This document shows positions 9,101-17,296 of a DNA stretch of 20,000 nt, one piece after another; the stretch's first letter is position 1; each line of letters starts with the position of its first letter. The notes beneath the pieces were generated by a model. It had not been told where the DNA came from. It saw only the letters and a program-made list of their open reading frames with translations, and searched no databases. The translations under genes were made by a program, and so were the position numbers. This DNA comes from Craspedostauros australis (lineage: Eukaryota): NCBI GenBank assembly GCA_030167865.1, contig JALAGF010004851.1, positions 109,414 to 129,413 on the forward strand, read 5' to 3'.

Positions 9101-10907
9101 CGACTTTTCACCGGCCTTCGTAAATCCAGTCACATCCATTCGATGGATGGCCAGCAGCCGAGAATCTGCGGTGTCTGAGCTGGGACTTGCCTGCGAAGAT
9201 TATACCCCCGACAATAGCCACCATGATATCAGCAGCGAAGACACAGATCAGCACAGCGACGACGATGCATCCGTGAACGATGACATCGACGATGATACGG
9301 ACGAAGATGAAGACATTCACATGTCCAGCAGCAACGTGGGGAGGGACGGCACATTGGGAGGACTGCAGGATGTAAAGCAGATGGATTTGTCTCAGTCGCC
9401 GTCAGTTTCAAACAGGTGGGATCCATCTCCGAGCGTCTTGAGGCATGACAATCGTTCGACGTCGAGATCGCAGCATGTACGGCAGTACCACCCATCATCT
9501 CTGTCATCATTCTCACAACAGAGTCAGACGAATTCAGTCGAATCAAGTTCGGCCCACGACCAGCCTGATACCAACAACAAGTCGGGGCAACATCATCAAA
9601 CGCAAGGTGATTCATCGCACAATGCTTCGTCATGTCGCACATCCGGCCCATCTTCGTCTCGGACAGGAGGACGATCGAACGACGATGGCGACGACGATGA
9701 CAGTGACGATGACAGTGACGATCATGACCATGACGATGCAACCAGCACCAGTGGATCTGATTCAGAGCAATACATTCCAACATGCCCGCTGTTGTTTGAG
9801 GATTCGAACAAGAGCTTTCAGACGCAGGACTACAGCAGCGGTCGTAGCATGGACACGGACGGAAGCGGACTCGACAAGAGCGGCCAAACGAATGCCAGCG
9901 ACATGGAAAATTCCACCGACGGTGGCGACGGTTCGCGCACCAATTCATCGTCGGACTACAACTGGAATGCTCGTCCCGCCCATCCCATCGATCAGCGTTA
10001 TCGCGATGACTACAACAGCGCCAGCAATTCATTCTCTTCCTCGTCTGAGATCTCGGGCGAATACAATGATGACTACAGCAGCGGCAGCGACAGTGACAGC
10101 GGAAGCCACAGCGAAAGCTACGGCGACAGCTACGATGGGCCCATCCAGGGCTTCCCGACCAGCGAGCGCAGCAATGGAGACGCCATGTACAACTCGGCCG
10201 ATTTATCAACGATCAATGAGGCGGGCGAGTCTGCATACCTCACCGACCCTTCCTCCAACCGCCTCATGAAGTCGAAGGGACGATCAGAGCGGCAGCGTAG
10301 AAAGCGCTCCAGCAACAACGAGGCCGCGAGTGTGTCGTCCAACCTCCAAACATCCGATCATTCTCTGTCTCTAAACGACCTGCAGGCCACGCCCAAGGAA
10401 CGTAGCACGGCCCACATCAAGCCCTTCGGGGCGCAAGAAGGCTTGCAAGGTTTGGCATCGCCATGCGGAAGTTCCGGCCTTGACTTTTCGGCCTTCACGT
10501 TGGAAGTGGATGGCAGCGATGCCGGGAGCAGCGTCAGCAGCCACAGCACGACAACGAACACGAATGATTCCGGAAGCCAGGTGGATGCGAGCAGCGGGTA
10601 CAGCAGCACGTATCACAGCCAAGCATTTGCGTACGACAGGAACGGCGATCATGAGTACCATGACGCCACACCATTCTGGAAGACCCAGCGTGCCTTTCGG
10701 ATCGTTCTGGCGATATTCCTGCTGTTCTTGCTGATCGACACCGTGCTGTTGATCGCGTACCTCGCAAGCGACGGTGGTGGTGATGGTGGTGGCGATGCTG
10801 CAGAAAGCAATAACAACGATGCCGGTGGGGAGGATGCCAACGGTCGCAGATTGCTCGGCTTCTTGCGCGGGTCTACGAGTACAATTACCTCCAGTGGACA
10901 ATCATAA
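6105..10907 (+). CDS. Hypothetical 1600-aa Ser/Asp/Gln/His-rich intrinsically disordered protein with a single C-terminal transmembrane helix
   Basis: 4.8-kb uninterrupted ORF with the ATG after a C/A-rich leader. Low-complexity throughout, with no N-terminal signal peptide. Hydrophobic IVLAIFLLFLLIDTVLLIAYLA (10701-10766) is preceded by basic residues (WKTQRAFR) and followed by a short tail containing GRRLLGFLRG. Confidence 0.88.
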   Translation: MQQPNKHPRSSPPASRSASPSASRSASRSPSAHKRRPRAGGEPPTAITIPRVTVPSTHGSSRSVATPSTSISSFQSPLPSTTTLSVATPNNSTHSESLRTVGRSSDRWRQHHLERLQSDDHPTHFRSESDEQSALTTPTASGAKKPSMTIPQASPSGYILKRPVRDRQARRERRQQEQQQEQASQEQENQIIDTEGEASTTEDNHSNGSNEDNIAKPTNMDSLRSMEDDYAGQGSQHDQLQQDHECVQPAGQIPHEAALHHHDFSQQQRQPLPPSEQHSYGDAQIETQPLHFQHSPHKSPFDELSSFIRTDKLSIQGPPPVHIPQSRPSATTHSEHESSSHTIPIAPTPPSAYHRAHLDRARPNLIPPGQRPPAMRSSGYSISSGEHTTESFGNTNRHQRPQINTAAPNSDETGSLPRPVDSYDDERLHAYHDRQVGYNSTDDGNETMEASDISSSTRGFGLQQSSNARTVFRHGSSNDSSDVMEDDYVEETVHSDDSNESEDGTGGSDIDDEEDFIGHQLDSSRQWFQNEILSSEDDTTTTNQSNRNSEHQAINPAYDDTETYVSEQSMTSQRIGGFRHVNFNGHGHDSPGGWSAGSSSRQTTQYTASTAASSTCRSADSADLEPTTTMESLVTPWHQSFTSNTEGNPSDQSFLVTPSSVASSQLTMPTFASSQRSVAAMSDDYLQTPTMRSTRIHPSIRELSEHSDSNDEEEATMHDKMLSFRHHDANVADTSTSLLQDTSQQDDTVRSSLLGDDGRPLIASSMKSIDSAHIPNRNTSHVATTSPVHDQQTPANLNDQKQLSIASEISQSGRDPGIARADSKPTSLGSFQSEFSVSLHLGDGRMGQNQSSHADQRTAASGNWTQEEDAAMRNPAGATAMTASTSTLSTAMTMINTVDGSGVGNGPLNEQAVPPSENLPGAHDGVTPFRESIQIPSKASTMDSQPATNRSGETATQGNSIASQLILSPGTRTKQNGSMGLSGEAFTKSPAYSLKSNMSDFSPAFVNPVTSIRWMASSRESAVSELGLACEDYTPDNSHHDISSEDTDQHSDDDASVNDDIDDDTDEDEDIHMSSSNVGRDGTLGGLQDVKQMDLSQSPSVSNRWDPSPSVLRHDNRSTSRSQHVRQYHPSSLSSFSQQSQTNSVESSSAHDQPDTNNKSGQHHQTQGDSSHNASSCRTSGPSSSRTGGRSNDDGDDDDSDDDSDDHDHDDATSTSGSDSEQYIPTCPLLFEDSNKSFQTQDYSSGRSMDTDGSGLDKSGQTNASDMENSTDGGDGSRTNSSSDYNWNARPAHPIDQRYRDDYNSASNSFSSSSEISGEYNDDYSSGSDSDSGSHSESYGDSYDGPIQGFPTSERSNGDAMYNSADLSTINEAGESAYLTDPSSNRLMKSKGRSERQRRKRSSNNEAASVSSNLQTSDHSLSLNDLQATPKERSTAHIKPFGAQEGLQGLASPCGSSGLDFSAFTLEVDGSDAGSSVSSHSTTTNTNDSGSQVDASSGYSSTYHSQAFAYDRNGDHEYHDATPFWKTQRAFRIVLAIFLLFLLIDTVLLIAYLASDGGGDGGGDAAESNNNDAGGEDANGRRLLGFLRGSTSTITSSGQS

Positions 10908-10912
10908 AGTAT

Positions 10913-10928
10913 GTACGTACGTACGTAC
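10913..10928. repeat. (GTAC)4 self-complementary tetranucleotide repeat just after the stop codon
   Basis: gtacgtacgtacgtac begins 6 nt after the TAA ending at 10907. Confidence 0.8.
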
Positions 10929-11421
10929 CCATCGAATTTGGGTGTGGTGGTACATTGGAACCTGCAATTGAATCGGACGATCGACGCAACTTTACAGTTT
11001 ATAAACATTACCTTATGTCTGGCATAATCGAATAGCGGAGAGTATGCATTACATTATTTTAATGCGATAGTGCTACAACTCATACTACTACTTGTAACAG
11101 AGCATTCCGCAATACAATGCAATCCTTGGTGACGGGAATACCCGGATCATTCCCTCACGTGGCGAGATACGATCCATGACACGGCGCAAGTCCAAGTACT
11201 GTGTTAGCTTTGATACGGAATGCGAATCTTGGACTGCAACAACCAAACTGCCAACAAAGACAACATCTCTCTCTCTGCTTGACACCATCAACACCACCAC
11301 ACCAACTCGTTCAACGCGACCAGCACAAAGAGCATTGATCAGAAGACCAGGAAGCCACCACAGTACCATAGACACAATTGAATAGAGCAGCAGTGGTACT
11401 CTCTCACACACAGCACTCACG

Positions 11422-12333
11422 ATGGCAAGAACGGCTTCGTTGGCTTTGGTTGCCGCCGTGCTGGCGGTCGTCACAAAGGGCGCAAATGGATTCGGCGCCA
11501 AGCAGCCGGTTTCCTCCCTGCTGCAGGAGCACTCGTCCGAGATCGCCCAGCTGAAGGATGTCACCAAAGGCGTGATCGGAGACGATGCGATGTCCCAGCT
11601 GCCATACTCCAACGATGTCTTCTTCCTGCGGTACTGCCTCGCTGGTTGGGACGAAGCCAAGCTGAAGGAGACCTTGCAGTGGCGCACGACGGGCTCCGGT
11701 CTGGCCATCACCAACGCAGCCGCCGAAGCCTATCAGCTCGCGACGGCCGGCGACGCATGGAAGAACGATGCTGCGCGCGACCTCGCACCGCACGCATCCG
11801 ACATCAACCAGTACATCACGCCTTCCACGTGCCTCACGACGCCCACGAACCAGGGCGACCTGCTGTACTGCGTGCGCGCGGGACAGATCAACGTGGAGGA
11901 TCTCATGGAGACGGTCGCTGTCGATCAGCTCAGCGAGTTCTTCATCTACTGCAAGGAGCTCAACGGCATCGTGGCGAACGAACGCTCCCTGCAGGCGGAT
12001 GTCATGAAGTACATCATCGTGGCCAACGACCTCAAGGGCGTGCAGCTCGTGGGAGGCGAGACACGATTCCGTGAGGCGCTGGGCGCGTCGTCGAAGCAAG
12101 CCAACGAGATTTACCCAGCGCTGAACGGCCCGACCCTACTGCTGAATCTTCCGGTCTTGCTCAGCGTCCTCGTCAAGCTGTTCACGCCCCTGTTCCCCAA
12201 GGAGGTGGCGGCACGCATCAAGTTTGAGCGCGGTCCTCTCAAGGACATCGACGACCTCATGGACATTGGACATGGCGGCAACGCGCGAGAGAAGTTCATG
12301 TCCGAAGTGGACAACCTATGCTACAGCGATTAG
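11422..12333 (+). CDS. Sec14-like CRAL-TRIO lipid-binding protein with an N-terminal signal peptide
   Basis: CRAL-TRIO_N-like DVFFLRYCLAGWDEAKLKETLQWR, and CRAL-TRIO-like IIVANDLKGV and YPALNGPTLLLNLPVLLSVLVKLFTPLFPKEVAARIKF. Hydrophobic N-terminus MARTASLALVAAVLAVVTKGANG-F. Strong G/C-ending codon bias. Confidence 0.85.
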   Translation: MARTASLALVAAVLAVVTKGANGFGAKQPVSSLLQEHSSEIAQLKDVTKGVIGDDAMSQLPYSNDVFFLRYCLAGWDEAKLKETLQWRTTGSGLAITNAAAEAYQLATAGDAWKNDAARDLAPHASDINQYITPSTCLTTPTNQGDLLYCVRAGQINVEDLMETVAVDQLSEFFIYCKELNGIVANERSLQADVMKYIIVANDLKGVQLVGGETRFREALGASSKQANEIYPALNGPTLLLNLPVLLSVLVKLFTPLFPKEVAARIKFERGPLKDIDDLMDIGHGGNAREKFMSEVDNLCYSD

Positions 12334-12973
12334 AACGGAGCGTGATGCTGTGCTATGATGGATCGCTAGCCAACAACACGTTATTGTTGCACGCAAGACT
12401 CCACTCTACTATAATCGAAATCTACCCTAAGATTGCTGATCTGCGAGATGTCGGGATTTTAGGAATAACCATCTCGATGATTATCGACTGGTTCGAATAA
12501 GCGTAAACACGAACCCGAAACAGTTGCTACAATCTGTCCCCAAATCTGATTGGTCAACTGAGCGAAACAGAAGGCCAAAACAAAAGGAATCCGAACGTTG
12601 AGAATCGACAGATGGGAGGCGAAAGATACCCAACCAAATGGCGAATTCCCGCTATGCCAGATGTTCCTCGTTTTCTTCCACAGAATTGAGACTTTTCTCC
12701 CTTGTTTTCGCCGCCCATCACATCACTAACTCCGCACAAAGAGGAGAACAACAGTAGCATCATGACTGGCGAGGAATGTCCCTGCGCGGAATGAACAAGG
12801 AAGGAGAAGAATCGTGAATCGTCGTATCGGTTGCTCGTTCTCGGTCATTGGCGCTGAACACCGATTGCCTTGATCCGTGCATTGGCTGATGTGCGGATTG
12901 ATGCAGATGGTCACGACTTGTCTCAACACCATTGACAGCTTCCTTCTTGTTTGCGTCGGTGGTCTGTACGAGT

Positions 12974-12991
12974 ACACACACACACACACAC
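12974..12991. repeat. (AC)9 microsatellite
   Basis: acacacacacacacacac read directly. Confidence 0.85.
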
Positions 12992-13184
12992 ATCATACTA
13001 TACAAACATTCGGTCCTGCCACACAGCATCGAATCGAGTTGCAACATTGCTCTGTCCGTCTCGTCCCGTACCATACCATTCCACGATCGTGGACTTGATC
13101 TCGCGTGGAGACCGCTTTGTGGCATCGAGGCATCGAACTGGAGCGCTGCACTGGTGAAGGACCGTGTTTTTCCGCGCAAGGACA

Positions 13185-14792
13185 ATGACAATGACCAAGT
13201 CTCAGACCAACATGCCAAGCAGCACGACGTCCACGATCATGGGATGGGCCACAGGCTCACACACTTCGAAGAGCAACAATGCTGTGCGTCGAGAGGGGAC
13301 TGGCCACAAGCAAGACGCACTGACGGCGACAATGGAACTTCAAGCAGACACATCGAAACCAGCGACGAAGTCAAAAGCTGGGTCGACAATGGGAGCATCT
13401 GCGGGTGCGACCAAGCAGCAAGCTCGGCGCCGGGTTCCGTTACTGTCTTCGATATCGTCGATATCGTCCTCATCTTCGTTCTCTTCGTTGCTTTCATCAG
13501 CCACTTCTGGCAGCAACGCAGGTAGCGGCGATGAGGAAGGAGCACCGGCGCATCCTGCCGACAACCCGCCAATGATGGACGGTTCGGTGACGCCCACAGC
13601 AACCAACGCCGTGAAGAAAGAAAGCAATTCCAGATGGATCATGCAATTGATCTTACGAGGAGCGCCCACAGTTATTGTTGGTCTCGTCGTTGGTGTGGCG
13701 ACGGTCGTCGGCCTCCTGTTGATGGTACGGCCGATGATGGCAGTGCCAAGCGTCCTCGGAACGAGCATCGTCCCGTACATGCACACGACAACGATACCCA
13801 ACTCGCTGTACGTTCCCGGAGGTGGCTTCTCCGGGTTTTGGTACCTCCTCGGTCAGCTGCAGTCCATGAATGGCGCACGCTGTACCGTTGCTTCGCCCCA
13901 TGAAACAGCCGTTGCGAATGTTACGGATTTTCCTGCGATTGCACATCAAGATGTCACCCTGGAGGAACCCACCTTCGTGTGCTTCTCAGGAGCCTGCCTG
14001 GCCCTCGTTGCTGCCCAGCTGGGTTGGTCCACCAACCGCACGTACCAAACGACTCGGAAGATCCAAGACATGTGGACGTCCGGCGAGATTGCCGTCAGCG
14101 AAGTGATGACGACCTTCGTGGATGAGTTGCTCTTGGACTTGGAGATGCTGGACGAGGATCCCGTGTGGCTGTCAAGGCTTGTGATATTGACGTCTGCTGG
14201 CGTCCGTGCCGAGCACAGCACTCCTGGCCATGGAGAAACTGATACGGCCGCTAACCTTGGCATTGTGCATGAAGGTTGTGGCGACTGCGTTGAGAGTGGT
14301 GAAGAGGATGGAAATGGCGCCGTGATTTCTGATGTTTGCGAGAGTGATGCGGATCGTTGCACGCGTTCACCTACATCGCCGCTGCCACAGCCATTGTCAA
14401 TGCTCCCTTCATGGATTGAGCGGCTGGGGTGGATGCTGGCACCATCGGCATCATTGTCGTCATGGACAGCGCGCGTTGCCGCTTTGGGCTCCCAAGTGTG
14501 GTCGGAACTGCATGCATTCGTGACGGTTGGCCCAGTTCTGAACACGCCCAGCGATCGCGAGTCGTTGCGGCGGCTGCTGATGCAGACCTGCTGGGTTCCT
14601 GGCGTCACGGGCCGCGCGGTGTGGTACGAGGATCACATGGATGGCGGATTCACGACGCTCGTTCATCCCAAATGCACCAAGTCGATCTTCCCAGGTTGGG
14701 ATTGGTCGTTGTACCGACACGCATTTGACCCGTCCTTCGACGAGGCTGAGGTATTCCGATTGGTGGACGCAGGTCGCGCAAACGGGATCTGA
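13185..14792 (+). CDS. Divergent patatin-like (PNPLA) phospholipase domain protein with an N-terminal disordered region and one TM anchor
   Basis: First in-frame ATG is at 13185; the exact start is uncertain. TM-like IVGLVVGVATVVGLLLMV. Patatin motifs appear in the expected order: PGGGFSGFWYLLG (Gly loop, GGGFSG at 13818-13835), VCFSGACLA (nucleophile elbow, Ser at 13986), TCWVPGVTG, and MDGGFT (Asp at 14640). Confidence 0.72.
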   Translation: MTMTKSQTNMPSSTTSTIMGWATGSHTSKSNNAVRREGTGHKQDALTATMELQADTSKPATKSKAGSTMGASAGATKQQARRRVPLLSSISSISSSSSFSSLLSSATSGSNAGSGDEEGAPAHPADNPPMMDGSVTPTATNAVKKESNSRWIMQLILRGAPTVIVGLVVGVATVVGLLLMVRPMMAVPSVLGTSIVPYMHTTTIPNSLYVPGGGFSGFWYLLGQLQSMNGARCTVASPHETAVANVTDFPAIAHQDVTLEEPTFVCFSGACLALVAAQLGWSTNRTYQTTRKIQDMWTSGEIAVSEVMTTFVDELLLDLEMLDEDPVWLSRLVILTSAGVRAEHSTPGHGETDTAANLGIVHEGCGDCVESGEEDGNGAVISDVCESDADRCTRSPTSPLPQPLSMLPSWIERLGWMLAPSASLSSWTARVAALGSQVWSELHAFVTVGPVLNTPSDRESLRRLLMQTCWVPGVTGRAVWYEDHMDGGFTTLVHPKCTKSIFPGWDWSLYRHAFDPSFDEAEVFRLVDAGRANGI

Positions 14793-16250
14793 GCGCGACG
14801 CGGAGAGCAGGACGCGTGGTTGGAGTCGATCGTGGAAGAATGGACGTTTCTGCTCGGCTGGTCGTTGGTCGTTGGCCGTTGGGCATTGATCGGCCTCTCC
14901 GTGCAGACAAGACCCCCATGAGGGCTGCGATGTTTCGTCCACGCAACAGCAGCATCACGCAGGAAAGGTTGCTGAGGATGGTCACCGATGCGCGCAGGAT
15001 CTTTGGTGATGTTGTCCTCTTTCTTCGCTGCGCCGCGCGTCTCTTCCCATGACTGCGGGCATGCAGGATCAGCAGAGGGAGTGAGCGAGAACACGAATTG
15101 CGAAGCACGGCTATACACGGACATGCCATGTTCATGGCACGTGGGTGCGATACCTTGCAATCACAATGTGAATTGAAGTAGAGCAATATCATTTACCATA
15201 CATCCACGCGCACGAACAGCTTTGCATCCTTTTGGGGTCTCTGTCCGACCGTGTGTCTCTGTTGTGGCGGTGTGGAAATGGCTTTCTGTCAGGATGGTTG
15301 CATGTTGTGGATCTCTGTGTCTGTATCTCTGCCTGTGTCTGTGTCTCGCCAGATCGGTGTCTTGTGTTGCTATGTGTTGTTCTACGTTTTTGTGTTGTGA
15401 TGCGTTCTGTGCTGTGTTGTTTCACGTTTTGTGTTGGCATGAAGGATCGCGAACTTCTTTGTCGGCACTTCCTGTCCCTCTCGCTCTCTCTATCTTTGAA
15501 TTCAATAGACTTCTACCTTTCGAGAATAGCATTGGATGTCTGATTGTATCACTCCCGCACTTCCTTGAGACAGCCTTTTTTCGTCTTGTTGTGTCGCGTT
15601 TGTGGCAACCGGGCTTCTTTGTTGCGCAACTTAACAGTGGCGCAGTTGTGCGACAGTCTGTTGAGACCAAATGGGTCTTGCAACACACAAGCGTACTTAT
15701 TGGTCATTCGATGCCTGCATTGCCCTACGCGTTTCACGAAGAAGCCCCATTGATGATAGTCGCACGGCTTCTGACATCTCGTGAGGCTGTTGCAAGAAGC
15801 ACATTTTAATAACGACACAGAGACGTGGGCGAATTCGGTCGTGCCATGCGTTAAGCAATAGCGTTGAACGTGTCGCGATTGTGCCCTCCGCAAGGGCCGG
15901 TTGTGACTGACGGGATTCTTTGGGTTGTCTCGTCAGCACCATTGAGTCACATTGATTGTTCGTGGGAAGCGGCGTTTTCCTTTTGGCATGCCGTTGGCTG
16001 TCCTTTGCCGTGAATGATACTTTGACATTTATCGGCATTCGGGTCTCTCTTGTGCGCGGTGTCGTTATCGGCGGTGTTGTTGGAAAGGAAAAGCCGCCAA
16101 AAACACGCGAGAAGCCTCCAGACAAGCCCCCAACGCAGATCGGTAGAAGGGCCGAGCCAACCGGTGGAGTTGTGCCAATGTCCATGTGAACACAGCACTT
16201 TGGCACAAGTGCGCAGTTGTTTGTGTGTTGCAAACAGTGCAGGAGCGGCA

Positions 16251-16289
16251 GCAGCACAACACAGCATAACACAGCACAACACAGCACAG
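16251..16289. repeat. Imperfect 10-bp tandem repeat (ACAGCACAAC)x~4 upstream of the 16463 gene
   Basis: gcagcacaac acagcataac acagcacaac acagcacag. Confidence 0.7.
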
Positions 16290-16462
16290 TGCACCCAGTC
16301 AAGGGAAGACAAACAATACAGACCAACACAATCACGCAGCAAGACTCTTGCAGCAACAACAAGGATCAATCGAACATTCAGCACCATCGGTCACATCCTC
16401 ATCCAGAGTCATAACCAAACTCTCACCAAGCAACCAAGCAAGCAAGCAACCAAGAAGCCAAC

Positions 16463-17296
16463 ATGCGCCTCGAAAAGCCCCTGGACGGATCTCAGCACAG
16501 CGTGGACCATGTCCGCAAGCAGCGGCTGCCGGCCCATGCCCAGCTCTTCTCGTGCCAGCACGCCCACGCGCGCCCAAGCACGTACCCGTTGGTGCAGATC
16601 CGCGCAGCGTTGCCTCCACCAGCACCCGTCGCATCGCCTGGCTCCGCGTCTGTGTCGAGCCAATCGACGATCTCGTCGCATGACGATGATGATGATGTCC
16701 CTCTGCATGCCCATGTCGACGACCTCACCGTGCAAACGGAATCGCAGCAGCAAGAACAGCCATCCACCCGAAAACGCAGGCGCGTCACGTTCTCGCAGGC
16801 GCCCACCGAAGGCGTCGCGTGCGACTGCATCCTCACACCCGAGGACCGCCAGCGACTGTGGTGGACGAAGCACGAGATCCAGACCAACCGCAAGGTCTGC
16901 CGTCGACAGGTCGCCGAATACACGCAGCGCGCCGACATCGACCACCAGCGCGAGCTGCTGCATCAGGTCTACAAGACGGCCGCCAAGGCCAGCAAGACGC
17001 AGCCGCTGCTGTCGCAGGACGACAAGATGCAGCTCATCGAGATGCTGACGCAGCAGTTCGAAGACTGCAGGGGCATGCATCCGCGTCTCATGCCCACGCT
17101 GGCGGCATTCCGAATGCGCTACGTCAAGGGGTTGGTCGACGTGCAGGAGCGCCTGCCGAAGACGGGCATCACAAACCAGCAGCGCGAGTGGGTGCTCTGC
17201 AAGAAGAGCATCAAGATGACCCGTGCCAGCAAGGCGTTGGCCAAGCTCTTCGCGTACGTTGATTCGACTATGGTGCACGATGGCATGGAGCATTAG
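16463..17296 (+). CDS. Hypothetical protein (277 aa) with an RVxF motif, resembling diatom 'RVxF...W[YW]...CxRG' unknown-function proteins
   Basis: ATG after a C/A-rich leader and strong G/C-ending codon bias. Motifs: KRRRVTFSQ (RVTF at 16781-16792), LTPEDRQRLWWTKHEI and DCRGMH, followed by a likely helical C-terminal half. Confidence 0.8.
   Translation: MRLEKPLDGSQHSVDHVRKQRLPAHAQLFSCQHAHARPSTYPLVQIRAALPPPAPVASPGSASVSSQSTISSHDDDDDVPLHAHVDDLTVQTESQQQEQPSTRKRRRVTFSQAPTEGVACDCILTPEDRQRLWWTKHEIQTNRKVCRRQVAEYTQRADIDHQRELLHQVYKTAAKASKTQPLLSQDDKMQLIEMLTQQFEDCRGMHPRLMPTLAAFRMRYVKGLVDVQERLPKTGITNQQREWVLCKKSIKMTRASKALAKLFAYVDSTMVHDGMEH

Noticed and set aside
9229-10269. 326-aa Cys/Arg-rich minus ORF and 274-aa Thr/Met-rich plus ORF
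   Set aside because: Alternative-frame translations of Asp/Ser codon runs in the 1600-aa gene; not metallothionein- or mucin-like genes.
6105-10907. Silaffin/cingulin assignment for the 1600-aa protein
   Set aside because: It has no N-terminal signal peptide and lacks dense KxxK repeats; Ser richness alone is not enough.
11404-12099. 231-aa antisense ORF over the CRAL-TRIO gene
   Set aside because: Shadow ORF caused by the G/C-ending codon bias of the sense gene; no recognisable motifs.
13164-13184. GTG start for the patatin-like ORF
   Set aside because: In a eukaryotic nuclear gene the in-frame ATGs at 13185, 13191 or later are more plausible.
15222-16387. Cys/Val/Leu-rich ORFs (15222..15809, 15697..16362, 15947..16387)
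   Set aside because: They arise from TG-rich low-complexity intergenic repeats, mostly with non-ATG starts and no domain motifs.
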